In this document: one piece after another, positions 11,445-25,381 of the stretch
Numbering within the stretch: position 1 is the first letter of the stretch
Layout: the number at the start of each line of letters is the position of its first letter
Source of the DNA: Xylographa opegraphella
Lineage: Eukaryota
Length of the DNA: 64,000 bases
Reading direction: 5' to 3'
NCBI GenBank assembly: GCA_022813865.1
Contig: JALDZX010000052.1
Coordinates: 1 to 64,000, forward strand
Position numbers and translations under genes: made by a program
The notes under the pieces: model-generated
Seen by the model: only the letters and a program-made list of their open reading frames with translations
Database searches by the model: none
Told to the model about the DNA's origin: nothing

Positions 11445-12511
11445 ATGGCAAGATTCAATCATACAGTCTTCTCCTGCAAGCGATTGAACTCATCGACATA
11501 CCTCATTGTCGAAAACGACCGGTACGAAGAGCATCCGTTCATCTATGCCAAAGTCGTCCGAAAGCCCGCGTTGTTGCTTCTGTCGGATACAGGTTGTGGC
11601 GGAGGTGTAAGCAGTGAGCCAGGTTCACCATCGGACACCCTACGGAATTTTCTAGAGACTTTCCCCATTGCCGACAATGGCAACAAGCCTTTGAATCCTC
11701 GCAAGTCCACAGGGGAGCCGACTTTGTCGTACTTCATTATCTGTACCCATTGTCATTATGATCATATACTAGGAATTCCATCGTTCCAGGAGGTTTCTCC
11801 TGTCATCCTGGCATCCTCTCATGGGAAGTCTTTCATCGAAGATGATCTGCCCAAGCATTCATTGTGTTCTGAGTTAGATGTACCTACGCCAGAATATGTG
11901 ATATCATACTGGGCGGCAGATATGGAGAAGATCACCTACAACGACTCATCCGTCGGTGTCCAGATTCTTCACACCCCTGGACACACCCCTGACGAATTAG
12001 CATGGTACGATGAAGCGGAGCGCCATCTTTGTATGAACCCGATGCTTCCATGGATTCGCCGCCTCCTAATTTATCTAACAGCTCTACAGTTGTGGGCGAT
12101 TCCTTCTACGAGCGAGTCGCGGTGGACAAATCCTACACACAGGCGATAATCTTTCCTAAGGAAGGCGACATAATTGTTTACATGCAGTCGCTCGAGAAGC
12201 TACTCCGCTTTGTGAAACAGAAGAACAGGCTTCACCACAATTCCGCCGTACGAATTGGCTGCGGCCACATTACATCTTCGGCTGCGGATGGCCTGGGAAT
12301 ACTCCAGGAGGTACAGAGATACTTCTGGGATGTTATCGATGGTATAGTACCGGTAAGAGAGTCTTCGGAGAAGAGAGGAGAGGTGCATGATTTATGGCAA
12401 AAGGATGCAGATGCTAGATTTAGTCTGATGGGCCCACGGAGACTCGTAGCGGATGCCAGGAGGCACTTCAGCAGGGGACCATCGGTAGACGCTGGCTATG
12501 TACTAGCCTAG
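11445..12511 (+). CDS. Metallo-beta-lactamase-fold hydrolase (2 exons)
   Basis: SDTGCG, THCHYDH (HxHxDH), HTPGHTPD, VGD and CGH ligands; intron about 12031-12089. Confidence 0.85.
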
Positions 12512-12766
12512 ACAGTAAGGTACCTAGACAGCAGCCAGCTACTTGAAACAGGATATCTTTCATAACAACAATAGTAGCACATGGTGTGTGTGTGCGCCAA
12601 ATTTCAAAATTGCTTAGTCACCCCTCGTTTGTTTTCTGCATAGCAAGGAAGCAACGAAACCGGCGAGGCCAAGGAAACAACATTCAATGAGCATCACTTC
12701 GGCATGACAGACAGTCTTTATGGCATGCTGAAGTAGTGAGTTGATATATACAAAGGACCTAGAAAG

Positions 12767-13529
12767 ATGTCCAGCTTCGTGCCGGCACTTTTGGTAGTTG
12801 ATATGCAAGAAGATTTCTGTGAGCCAGTACGAAAGCTCTCATCTAGTCTCAGGGTTTTCGTATTCGTGCTGACAAGAACTGCAGAACGGGTCTCTGGCAA
12901 TCACCGGTGGCCGTGAACTGGCGCCTGTCATCAATGACTTGCTGAAGGAGTCCTTCGTTCTGAGGGTTGCCACAAAGGACTTCCATCCTCTTGATCATGT
13001 CTCCTTTGACGTATCTCATCCTCCACCCAACAATAAGGCATTCGAGAGCACTGTGACAGTAGCAAATCCTACGAATCCCGCAGAATCGAAGGAGCTGGCG
13101 CTATGGCCAGTCCATTGTGTTCAGGGCACACCCGGAGCTGAAATCATTGAGCAAATTGACGTCACCGAAATCGATATTGTCGTGGAGAAAGGTAGAGACA
13201 AGAGGGTCGAGATGTACTCCGGCTTCACTAATATGTTCGGCAATAAGTCGGAGGCCGCTAGCCTAGACCTCGCTGCTGTGATGAGTAGTAAGGGAGTCAC
13301 CCATATATTTACAGTTGGCCTGGCTGGTGATGCTTGCGTTAAGTGTACTGCGATTGACGCGAAGCTCGAGGGGTTTGAGTCCTATGTGGTCCGCGAGGGC
13401 ACACGCAGCGTCGATGAAGGCGAGTCTGGGTGGGGTGCGACGGTGAAGCAGTTCCAAAAATGTGGAATCAAGGTGGTAAGTATTAATGGTCCTAAAGTGG
13501 CTAGAGTCAAAGCAGTAACCGGATTATGA
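12767..13529 (+). CDS. PNC1: Nicotinamidase/pyrazinamidase (isochorismatase family, 2 exons)
   Basis: Exon 1 MSSFVPALLVVDMQEDFCEP, then NGSLAI, TKDFHPLDHVSF, LWPVHCVQGTPGA, GLAGDACVKCTA. Confidence 0.9.
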
Positions 13530-14092
13530 AGTACAATACGAATAGCATGGGCCTGGAGCACTATTCACGCAAGCATTCACAGTCGATACTGCTCGTCTTG
13601 GAGGATATGTCCTTGAAGACTAAAGAAGTCAGACAAAACAAAGGCCAGGCACTCACTCCCAACCATCCATGATCAACCCTGCCACAGAATTTTTCATCTG
13701 GCAAGAAGAAGTACACACAGGCGTCGGCTTATCTTCTTGCGATGCGACGTGATACGGAGGATTTTGTACTCCGTGAGGTACCTAACAAAGTACAAGCCCG
13801 AAGAGCCGGCCCGATCGCCAAGGCAACCTTAATGCTTAGATCGGACTGCATTTCGATTCAACCAGGATTAGTAGGGAAGTCCACTCTGATTGGCCACCTC
13901 CCAGACAAGGTGACGCCTAAGCTCGCAGTATACCTCCGTATCGTTCGTCTTGTTGTTGCGTCGCAGGGTGCTTTTCCGTGCCAGCCTCCACTGCTCCACG
14001 TCGCGACTATCCATTCCTTTTCAACGTCTAGTTCGCCGCCTATCATTGCCGCGTATCATTGCCGGGCACCATTACCAAGTTAGGTTGTCGAC

Positions 14093-14758
14093 ATGGTATC
14101 CTCTAAAGGGAAGCCCAAGGATCCTAAACTCCGCGAAGATATCAAAGAGAGTTCGTCATCCACTGCGCGTTACCCATGCGAATCGTATCTATGACTTATG
14201 CTATGCTCCAGAAGTGAAGGGTGAGACCAACAAAGACGGTGGAGGGTCTGGACAATGGTCGGCATGGAAGGTGTGTTTTCACTCCCTGTAGGATTATGTT
14301 TTCAAGTTCTCCGCCCACATATTGCTGATCTTGAAACGCATTATTAGGCCAGCAAACTCGCCAAAGAGTACGAGAAAGAAGGTGGCACTTATGAGAACGA
14401 AGCTGGGTCTAAGAACGAACCAGAGAAAGGGACACCCGAACACAAATCCGAATCGAAGAAGGAGAAGGAAGTGAAGGCAGGGATAGGAGCTTTGGCAGAC
14501 GACATGGAGGCTTCGGAAGAGGAGCAGAAGGAGATAGTTGAGAAGCCCAAGGCAAATAGCGGCAAAAAAGCAACGGGCAAAGGAGCAGACATCAAGGCTA
14601 AGACTCCTCGTGCGAAGCAGGAAAAGAAACCTCCCACAGAGGGTACGCGGAAGAGCTCCCGGGTCAGCACCAAGCGGAGTGCACCCCTAGACGGGGACGA
14701 GGAGCGCGAACCCGAAGAGAAGGCTCCCGCAAAGAAGAGCAAAAGCGTGAAAAAATGA
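14093..14758 (+). CDS. Small conserved hypothetical protein with charged low-complexity tail (3 exons)
   Basis: Spliced reading MVSSKGKPKDPKLREDIKE-VKGETNKDGGGSGQWSAWK-AAKLAKEYEKEGGTYENE, GT-AG introns. Confidence 0.7.
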
Positions 14759-16615
14759 CATCAATCTTCGTCGGCCTGCTGGAATGGGTGCGTGTTTATC
14801 GTCTGCATCTTTCTCCTGCCCTCTGATTGGTTCATTTAAGAGTTCCCTGGATTGTTGCGATCTGAATTATACATTGTATTCTTGCTGGCTATCTTGGTTC
14901 GACGCTATCAGGAGCTATTTTGAAACAATCAGGACTGAATTGTAGTAGATTCTTCTCTGCGCTTTATTGCTAGATTTATTTACTAACCTTTGAGCCTTCC
15001 TGCATTGCTGCATTGACATCTACGACATACTGTTGTTCAAATGATAACCGTTTCTTCGCTAGTGATTGTTGTGATGGTGCCAATATTTGACTGCTGACCG
15101 CTCAAGCGAGTATTGCTAATCAATTCGATGGTCTGCCATGCGTCCACCAGAGTCGCCGCTGAAAAGGAAGAGCTTACTCTAAGGTGACCATCCGACTTTC
15201 TAGTCCTATGATCAGTTCCAACGCTAAAATCGAACCGATAGGTAGCAGTTAAGGTAGCCTGTGAATGCCATACATTCACAGCATATCAAATTAAGGGTCG
15301 CAGGAGTTCACTTGATAAAGATTTGGTAACGGGCGGATGACTAATAACACACTGTCAATGGTCCCGAGGTACGGTAGTATAGTCTGAGGTATTGACTCCC
15401 GAGCCCCTTTTCGAGATTAACATCATGAGCTTGGCTCTAGTATGGGTCGTTCCAACATCCATCCTTAGCATTTGCCACCTCCGCCTTCGCCTTCGCCTCT
15501 TGCAACACAACCATTATTCCCACAGTCACTACGACCTGCAGTGGCAAGTATCGTCTAATAAGAACCTGTCCAGTAAGTTCACATTACATCGAATACTTAT
15601 TGGCCTTCATCGATATTGCTGCTTTTCATATGTCAACGTATGCTTGTTCTGTATAGACAGAAACACTGCAGCCGTGTATCTAAAAGTCTAAACTTTCTCC
15701 GGTTTGTTCTTCGCATCAGCCTCCTACTTTCATGCCTCGTCGTATGGTCAAAGATCGAATTTCATCGTTGATTGCTTTTGCTACAGACAGCATCTCTCTT
15801 TCGATGTTCATTGTGTTGGCCACATCATACTCATCTCAATACTTTTGGCATGGCTTCTGGCAATCTGTTACAGAATCTGTACCTATCTGATCTTCTGCTG
15901 ACATATTCCGGATGAATATAGTTTCAGGTGAGCTTAACACATCAACACCTTCAACCCCGCCCCCTTTTCCATCCCTACGATATTCTCATGTCCAGGTCCT
16001 ACATATTGATCAAACCTCTTCCTGACGCTCAAGGTTCCACATTAGACAAAAGGCAATACGGGTATCTGAACAACGACAACCAGCGGCTGCTTTCTCCTTG
16101 TGGTCTGATAACACCTTGGTTGGGGGCCAACACTCGAAAATTCGTCCACAAATGTGAGTTTTTGTTTTTACTCCTTACGACTGGACGGGTAGAGCCGCAG
16201 ACACTTCTGTAAACCTTCGTTCGGTACCTCTTCACACCTATGTACGTCCTTTGCGGAAGTCGAGATTTTGTACTTCAACCATCTTACTTCACTCCTTTCA
16301 CCTTTTCGAATTGACTGCTCAATGTTGAATGACCGTGAGGACTCTCAAGTCTTCCTAATTGTGCTCTAATCTTTCTAACCTTACTGTATAGCCACCATTG
16401 TCAAAGTGAGGCTTGGACTGTGAGCATTTCGAGGCTGGACAACGCAAGGAAGCCGAATATAAGCTTCAGCGGCACTATTGACTTTCCAGCGTGATTTGTT
16501 ATTGCCAATCATGTGTTTCACCAATCCAATTTGTGGCGTTTCTAGCCAAGCTCGTGAGTCCACTTGTGACATCAAGTTCTCTACCAAGTTCTAATTGCAA
16601 TGTAAAGACTGCTTG

Positions 16616-18529
16616 ATGACACAAACATCAACCCATTCTACTCTACACTTCAGCAAGTCTAACTCCGGACTGGAAAATATTCCACTTGAAGTTTTCGCAA
16701 CAGTTTGCATCAATCTCGAACCAATTTGGCTTTGGAACCTTTCTCATGTTTGCAAATCCACCTATCACCGTCTGTCATTCACATATGGTAACCACATCTG
16801 GTATAACGTGATGCCCGCCAGTATGTGGAAAGAGGCTGAACGGTTCCAATACAACGAGGAACTTAGGGTAGCAATGATGCCGGATGGAAGGGTGAAGTAC
16901 CAAGCTTTACGGGCATTGAAGAAGCGCCCTGATAGAAGTCGTGCCTTGTCGTATGTAAATCCTCGGTTGTGGCTGCTCTTGAGCTTTGGTTAACAGACCA
17001 ACACAGCGTGAGGCAACGCTCGCTGCTGCCAATCCCCGTGTCTAGTCATGTGGTTCGGAGCTCGGTAACCCCCCATCCCCAACAAATCCCGACAACGGCA
17101 TGGGATAGTACGCACGACTTTGGCTATGACATCTCGCCGATTAAAAGCAACTTCTCTTCTCTTCAACTCCTTGATCGTGGTGACAATCTTCCACGCAAGC
17201 CTCTCAAAGCTCTTGGCTCGGCTTACAGGCCCTTCTTCAATTACAAGCGAGAAATTTTAGGCCATCTGAAGACAGGACAGAGATGCTACCTGTGCCTTAG
17301 CATCAAAACCGATCGGGATACTCCCGTTCATCGTCGGCATTGGGGATTACTCTGGTGTCGCACATGCCTTGCAACGTATACTGTTGGTAAGTTATCTATC
17401 GAAAGCATTTCTTGCATTCATCAACAAATGTGCTGATATTCTTCGAGCTGCAACTGCTATCACTGGAGTCCCAAACTATGAAGCACTGCTTGATTCCGCT
17501 ACAATGTCATTCTTTCGCTCCCCTCACGGAAAGGCAATGTTCTACTTGCCTGAGATCGATGATCTCGTTCGTCAGCAGACAGGACTTGACCTCAAGACAC
17601 ATACTATGGTTGAGAAACAGTGTCGATATACACTGGAGGCCAATCGAGTTCAGAGGTCATACGTAGAAGCTCGACGTCGCGTCATTCGCCGCAAGATAAT
17701 TGCTTTCGCGAAACTTATGTGGGAAGGCATAGACCCAGATCCTGATTTGGTACATAAGAACGGGATCCTGACGCTTCAGAATCGTCCTCATCTCTCTTCG
17801 CCTACGACATATCGCAACTTTCGTGAACGATTCGCGCCGACATCTGAGCTTGGGAAGTTTTTATTTCCTGACTATCTCATCTCCGACCATCCCCGAGACG
17901 TACCGTACGATGACCTCAGTGGATGGATGGCCGACCCTACCATGATACTCTCGAGAAACACAACTGTCGAGGAGGTCAATGATCGCTGGGTGTCTGATGT
18001 CGCCGAATCTATGCTATCACACCTGACTATGTGGTTTGATCCACGATACATTCACAAAGGCTTTGGTGGCTACGTTGTTTCGTGGGTCAACGCAGCTAAG
18101 GAATTTCAAACCCGTCGTCTCGAAGCAGAGCTTGAGTCAGGGTTAATAGTGGAAATTGGGTGGGCTCCGACCATTTCACATGGCCTTCGCGAGTTTGCTC
18201 GTATCCGAAAGCTTCGGGCAAAGTGCGGTCTCCAAGACGAGAGAGGCACTGAAATGCCAAGCGTGCCTAAGCGGCTGACTGTCCATGACTTTTCGGTGCC
18301 ATACACCCTAGAGCAGTACGCCCGTCTGGACAATCGTGCTGCACTAGCAGCCAAGAAGCGACAAATGAAGATCAATGACTTCAATAAGATTATCAAGCAC
18401 ACGTGTATCTCCTGTCCCGCCACTGGTGGACTTTTCTTCCCTATGGGAATACAAGGGATGCTGGATCACATGATCATCTTTCATCCTATGAAATTCTGGT
18501 ACTCCGATGACTTCCACATCATGGGATAG
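16616..18529 (+). CDS. F-box-like hypothetical protein with putative Zn-binding motifs (multi-exon; start uncertain)
   Basis: LENIPLEVFATVCINLEPIWLWNLSHVCK F-box-like pattern; three overlapping ORFs joinable by introns; CxxC pairs. Confidence 0.6.
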
Positions 18530-20489
18530 AATTTGGTCTCGGCGAAACAGCACGATGAAGTGATGCCTAACGTGCTATATGTTCTACAAGCTGCGTCGAA
18601 AATGATTACACTTCATGCTTTGCTTATTCTTGCTACCTTGAATGATCATTATGCTGCGAAACTTCTTCGTCTTCGAACGCATGGGAGGCCATCGAAATTT
18701 ACCACTGGTTTGTCTCCGGCACAAAATTAACGACTTAACGACCTTTCGAATTTGACGACCTCTGCACATCGAATCTGGCGCACATCTTTCATTTATCTCA
18801 CGACTTCTATTTTGATGAATTTACGATCCGCAACGGCACTAGAGGCTCACTGTGGCGCTGTAGCTGCTTCCACACTGCTTCCATCACTAGAATCATTGTT
18901 CTTCACGACGCGTCGAAGCAGGGAAGAGATTTAGCTCGGCATGAGGAGGATCACAACGTTCACATTTCCATACACTTGATCTTTCTTTGCCATTTGATCC
19001 CGACGCAATCGCAAGACACATTATCCTCCAGATGTACTTGGTGTGAAATAGTGTATGGACCGATGTACACGAGCACGTCGGAGCTCGAGCTTACCTGGTA
19101 CATCGGTGTTTGGAAATGAGGTGGCTTCTCATATTCGGCCTTATCGCTGATGCTCAGCTGCAGGATCCATACACGTCGGCCATGCTGATGTTCCGCATAG
19201 AATCTAGAGATCTTCAGGACATGTAAATAGCCTTATGACGACAGATAGCCTATGAATGAATTCTGCTACGATCCTAAGCTTGAGCCTTAGGTAGTAGTCC
19301 GAGTATTTTGATGTTGTGACATGTATGCCTCCGAACTATAAAGAGGAAGTATGTATACCAATGAATCCTTAAATTTCCTAGTGTGTGGTCATTGTCCTGG
19401 GCTTTATTGAACCGAATAATAGTGGTGAATAGCTATCTGGTTGGTTAGCTTTCTTTAAAGTCGCTTATGCTATGGATGGTAGGAAAGAAAATAATGAGTT
19501 AGGCTATATTTGGTTAAAAAGGGGTATATTCGGGTATCTTGACCATGTTCGGGGTATATTTATATTTAAGTAAATTTCCGAAATTTTTTATCGCGATATT
19601 ATGAATCTTTCGTGCTGGCATTCATCGTAACCGGCAACCAATTCCACCAGACACCCAACAACAGCAGGCAGAAGCCGAATCCAGCTGTTCTTAATCGGAG
19701 AAAGAAGCAGAGAAGCTCGGAAGCGGATCCGATACCGATAAAAGGACTGCAGCCCATGGACGAATGATTCAGACACCGTTTCGAAGGGATGTGAAACTCC
19801 GAAATTCAGGCAGAATCATTTCATTATAAAAAATGAAAACCAATAGGAAAATCGAGATTCTTTGCTAGGATCTACCCGAGTTGAGGAAGCCGCAGAGTGG
19901 TGCCAGAAGTGTTTAAATCCTCGAAGAAAAGGAGTCTGCAAATTATGTATTATGGTATATTATGGTATATTGTGGTAATCGATTCGGAAGGGAAGACTGA
20001 GTTTAAAGGTGCTTGTACCAATTCTCATTGTAAAGGAGAGGGGGAAATGTGCTCTTTCCGAGATTAATCACGTTTCAAATTGATTTCGGTTTTCGTACTG
20101 ATTAGTATAGGTAGATGATTCACCGGATGCGACGACATGAAGAGGCAGAACGGTGCAAAATCCGGAAATCACAGAAATTGATCGAATCGTCAACGAAAAC
20201 TCCTATTCGAATTAACTCGAAAAACGAATCCGAAAAACGAAATCAATCCTCGGTAGATCATCAATATGAAACAATTCCAACAACAGCAGGGTCAATCGTT
20301 TTTGACAGCCCGTGGACATTGTCTGCCAATATCAAGTAGTAAGTGTAAAGACGGCATATTCATCAAGGCATGATCATGAAGTATCATCGCGTAAATGGTC
20401 GGCTCGTGCAGCACCAAGCTTTTTAGATCGTATCTGGCTCCCTTTCTACTTCAGATTCGAGCACAAAAGCCAAAGAGCCAATCGCCTGC

Positions 20490-21695
20490 CTAATCCAGCC
20501 TGTACACCATCTTGTACCCCGAATTCGCCTGCCGGCGAATGATGTCCACTCCCTCGATAACCCCCTCCCACCCACCGGGCATGACTTTGACCGGATGGGC
20601 TTCGATCAAGCCACGGTCCAAGAGCGCCTGGACGGCTTCGTAGGCGCGGGCGCCAAAGCGGCGGTGTTCCGGCTTGGCTTCGCGGCCGTACTCGCCATCC
20701 ATGACCACCTTGCGGCCGAAGATGGTCAACGCCAGCAGCCACGAGGGTTCGACGGTTAGGGCACGGCGCCGGGTGACGGTCTCGCGGAAGGGCTCGAGTG
20801 CGCAGTAGTGGCCACCCGCGCGGCCGAGGGCGCCGTAGCACAGCGCTGTGGTCTCAGCGAGGGAGATACAGTCAAGCGCGTAGGCCAGCTCATTGCTGGT
20901 GTAGGCGCAGATGTCCGCCGCAACGGTCGGGGAGTCGTAATCGAAGACGGCTTCTGCGCCAAAGCGACGCACGAGCGCGAAGTTGGCCGGCGAGCACGTG
21001 GCGATGGGCCGGAGACCGGCGCTGCGGGGAACGGGTCAGCATTGCACGGACGCTAGCGAGGCGCAGGAAGCACAGGAAGCAGGGGTGGGCGGGTTCCCCG
21101 GAACTCACAGCTTCAATAGCTGGATGGCGCGTGTGCCTGTGGCGGTGCTGCCGCCAGCCACGAGGACGAAAGCCGCATCCCCAGCCGCGGAGTCGCCCTT
21201 GGCCGCGCCCAGCTGTTCCAGGGTGGCCGGGATCTGCAGTTCGACAAACAGCGCCAGAACGGCCGTGGACACGCCCATGCCCAGTGTCGCGGCCTCCTCG
21301 AAGCTCATGTGGTCGGGGATGCGGAGCAGGAGGTCGACAGTGGCGGCTACGTACTGGGCGAAGGCGCCGACATCAGGCTGCACCTTGTTCAGACCGTGGA
21401 CCATGCCGGCCACTCGATCGCCGACCCGCACGCGGCCCGAAGCGAGGGCGTCATCGCCCAGCGCCACCACCGTGCCAGCAAAGTCGTAGCCCGCTATGGG
21501 CCCGCCGGTTCCGCTGTAGTCGAGCATCTTGGCGTCGACGGGGTTGAGGGCGACGGCGGCGGTGCGAACCATGGCCATGCTGGACTGGAGGTGCGCAACG
21601 GGCGCGTCGTGCTGGATGGCCAGCTCGCCCGGCCCCAGCGCAGTGATGGCAGTTTGCCGCTTGGGCAGCGACCAGAAGGGATTCAGTGACGGCAT
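20490..21695 (-). CDS. Trans-acting enoyl reductase (LovC/TenC-type MDR), 2 exons
   Basis: VALNPVDAKM, GYDFAGTV, VLVAGGSTATGTRAIQLLK, FGAEAVFDY; intron 21022-21108. Confidence 0.93.
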
Positions 21696-21907
21696 TGTGG
21701 TGGAAGAAAGCGACTGCTGTTGATCGAGAGGAATAGGGACACGGTCCGTACTTTGACGTCCGCGTTCCCACCGTCAACTTTTCAGCTCGTCTGGAGCAGT
21801 TGCCGTCGCCATGGCGCCGTGTTCGTATCTATCGTTCCGCTGAGAGCTTGCCTTTCTGCTGACATGCATTCGAAGGAATAGACAATCAGGACCGAGATTC
21901 GCTCGAA

Positions 21908-21932
21908 CAGTCGCCGAAAGGTGAAATCGCCG
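21908..21932. promoter_or_regulatory. Putative cluster-regulator sites (CAGTCGCCG, AAATCGCCG) in ER/MFS divergent promoter
   Basis: Same 9-mer recurs in other cluster promoters. Confidence 0.55.
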
Positions 21933-22568
21933 AACCGTATGGAAGACAAGCCGCCGACACGTCGGCTGTAGATCTACATTGGCAAAGGTTGACTGTGCAT
22001 CAGGATCAGACACGGGATAAGGGAGGGAAATGCTTGCTATGGGATGAACAAGGGACCCCGAGAGGAAGGAAGCTCTCACCCAACCAAGTACCTTAAGGTA
22101 AGAAATCCCTAAAAATCTGCATATCTTCACAAGGTACCTTAGGTTGCATAAGGTACCTACTAGGTAAGGTAGTAAGGTAAGGTATACCTTAGTCTGTATA
22201 GCCTGCATAGTCTGCATAGTCTGCATATTGGCATGTCGTACCAGGAAATATGCAAGCACAAGGCGTGTGTACTACTTCCTTACAAATGGCGAGTATTTGC
22301 TTCTTACAAACCCAGCAACCTGCCAGCCTAAGCCGTGATCGCGATGGTATACAGTATGCCCAGTATTCTATGCGAAGGCAAGCAAAGCATTTCACTTGCA
22401 AAGCGAAGCTGAGTAACGTTGAGTTTGAGTTGTCGTTTTAATCGATGCGAACTCCGCATCTTCCAAGCTTTCCAAAGTCAACCACGTTGACAGTAGCTCA
22501 CTACCGTCTCTTCGTCTTGTCGCGAGATCCCTCATACTTTTCCCACGCTCTACCGACCATCCTCGACA

Positions 22569-24219
22569 ATGGGAGACGAGGAACAAGCCGAGGCCGCATC
22601 CCAAAGCGATGGCACGGTGACCGAGTACCCTAGCAAAGCGAAGCTGACCCTCATCACAATTGCCTTGTGTCTCGCCGTCTTCCTCATGGCGCTCGACCAG
22701 TCCATCATTGCCACCGCCATTCCCAAGATCACCGACGAGTTCCACAGCCTGGATGATGTTGGTTGGTACGGAAGCAGCTATTTGCTTACGACGGCGGCGC
22801 TGCAACTGCAGTTTGGCAAGTTTTATACCTTCTTGAACATCAAACGGACTTTCTTGACAGCCATCGGCATCTTCGAGCTGGGCAGTCTGCTTTGCGGCGC
22901 GGCACAGAGCTCGACCATGCTCATCGTCGGACGCGCCGTCGCCGGCTGTGGCTCCGCCGGCATTTATTCCGGTGCTCTTCTCATCCTGGCTAACAGCGTA
23001 CCAATGCCTAAGCGACCCGCTTACATGTACGTACCTCTTCCCTCTTGACCACGTCGATCTAGCGCGCTAACTCCTTGTGACGGATGTCAAAAGTGGACTA
23101 ATTGGCAGCATGTACGGCATTTCATCCGTTGCAGGGCCCTTGATCGGAGGCGCTTTCACCGACAAGGTCACCTGGCGGTGGTGCTTCTATATCAACTTGC
23201 CCATCGGCGCCGTCACTGTCATACTAATAACCTTATTTTTCCCGCAGTCACAGCAGCACAAGCCGCCGGCCGAGCCGCTACTGAAACGCATCAATCGCTT
23301 CGACCCCATCGGATCGATCCTTTTCATGCCGGGTGTCATCTGCATCCTACTCGCGCTGCAGTGGGGTGGCACTAAGTACCTCTGGAGCAGCGGACGCATC
23401 ATCGCCCTGTTTGTATTGGCGGGCATGCTACTGCTTGGTTTTTGTGGCGTCCAGCTGTGGAAACAGGAAAATGCCACCGTGCCGCCACGGATCCTGCGCA
23501 AGCGTACCGTGTGGGCCTCGGTCTTGTATGCCTTTGGCATGGGCGCCAGCTTTTTCATCGCAGTCTATTATCTGCCCATCTGGTTCCAGGCTGTCCAGGG
23601 TACCAGTGCGGTGGAGTCGGGGATCCGTATTCTGCCTATGATGTTGTCTGCGGTACTCCTGAGTTTGGTGGCTGGCGTTCTCGTGACAGTATTGGGACAA
23701 TTCGCCCCGTTCCTGATTCTCGGCACAATCTTCATGTCGATTGGTGCAGGGCTTTTCAGCACCTGGACGCCCGCTTCTGCCGATAACATGTGGATGAGCT
23801 ATCAAGTTATATTTGGGATTGGCATCGGCATGTGCTTGCAACAGCCGTTGGTCGCAGTGCAGACCGTGCTTGACATCAAGGACGTGGCGGTGGGTGCCTC
23901 CCTCATCATATTCACGCAATCGATAGGGGGTGCCATGTTCGTCTCGGTAGGCGAGACCGTCCTTGAAAACCAGCTTGTCACGGAATTGGCCTTGAATGCA
24001 CCAAGCATCGACCCCGCGGACGTGCTCGCTGCAGGCGCCACGGGGCTCGAGAGCGCGTTCTCCGCAGACATCCTGCCGGCTATCGTCCTGAGCTACAACG
24101 GGGCCCTGACTAAGGTGTTTCTGGTGGGTGCTGCCATGGCAGCTTATACCATCATTGGCAGCTTGTTCGTCGAGTGGAAGAGCGTCAAAGGCAAGAATGT
24201 CGAGATGGTCGCCGGTTGA
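22569..24219 (+). CDS. MFS drug/toxin efflux transporter (14-TM DHA2 type), 2 exons
   Basis: [58 protein letters not shown]. Confidence 0.93.
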
Positions 24220-25381
24220 TGGGCCAGACAAGGTTCTCGCCCGGCTGGGAAGCGAAACGGCGGAGCGTGGTATACACGGCACTGTATACTATCTTTTTGT
24301 TCAGGTCCGTCGAGGGTGAGCATGGTGTCCGCAGCACTGGCGAGTAGTCTTGTAATCCAGTTCAAAAGTGATGACGCCTCCACTTCTATCAAGATGTTTT
24401 CCACAACAGTGATGTAGCCACCTCTGAACATCGCAACGACGACCCACGGACAACGAAACTGCGGATTTTCGATATCCTGGTATCGTATCCGTATCAATCC
24501 CACCATCAATCGCTCAACCTAGTAGCTGAGTTGAATTGACGCCACCCATTAATTTTCGCGTAGAAGATGGGGACTCGACACTAGTGTTTTCCCCCAGGTC
24601 GTATATAGCTGCAACGTCTCGCTGACGGACAAGGTCAGCTGTGAGTCGTGATAGAATTTTCAATTCTAAGAACGGACGAGCGGGGCGTAGAACCTCTGGA
24701 ACTGGCCCGCAGGCCGCGACGACTCTCTCGAGGTCTGACCGTTCGCGGCGTGCGGGGGCCTCTCGCTAAATGTGCAGCGCTCTGCAGAGCCAAGACCCCC
24801 TGAAGCTAAACCCGAAAGGGCAATAATCAAACAAATCTATACATTTTTTGTGTCGCCGATCTTATCCAGGTCGCTCATGGATCGAGCTGTAGAGTACCAG
24901 TGATATTCAGCATCGTAACATGTGACTCCTCACGTAACCAGGCTTTACTTCCCACGTGCAAGCCTCCCTAGTCGGCCGTAGCGTACCAGCGCTGACCTTT
25001 CAGAGCACAAGGCACCTACCGTGGGACCTACCTACCTACCTTACTTTATTATTACTCAGTACGAGATACCGTAATCTGCGCTACTGATTATGTATTCAGT
25101 CATAGTTGGCACGTCACTCTTCTCACAACCAATAAGAATCTCACCCATTTTCTACCTCTCAGCGATGCGTAGAGCCTCGGCAACCTTTGACGAGGTTACA
25201 CCCACCAGCCTCGCCAGCGGGATGCGGCTGGCGCTGACACAACTTGAAGGATTTGGGACCGTTGCCCGCGCCGAGGGGTAACAATTTTATAGTTTTATAC
25301 TTGGTCGTCCTGTGCGCTACTTTTATCCTCTCTTCCGCTAGGCACACCCTCAACGTTGCTGATTCAATTTGCACAGCAATC

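Noticed and set aside
22085..22230. AGGTA/TACCT and CTGCATAGT short repeats
   Set aside because: AGGTA/TACCT runs also occur outside the cluster (e.g. 11155-11195, 12516); ordinary low-complexity intergenic sequence
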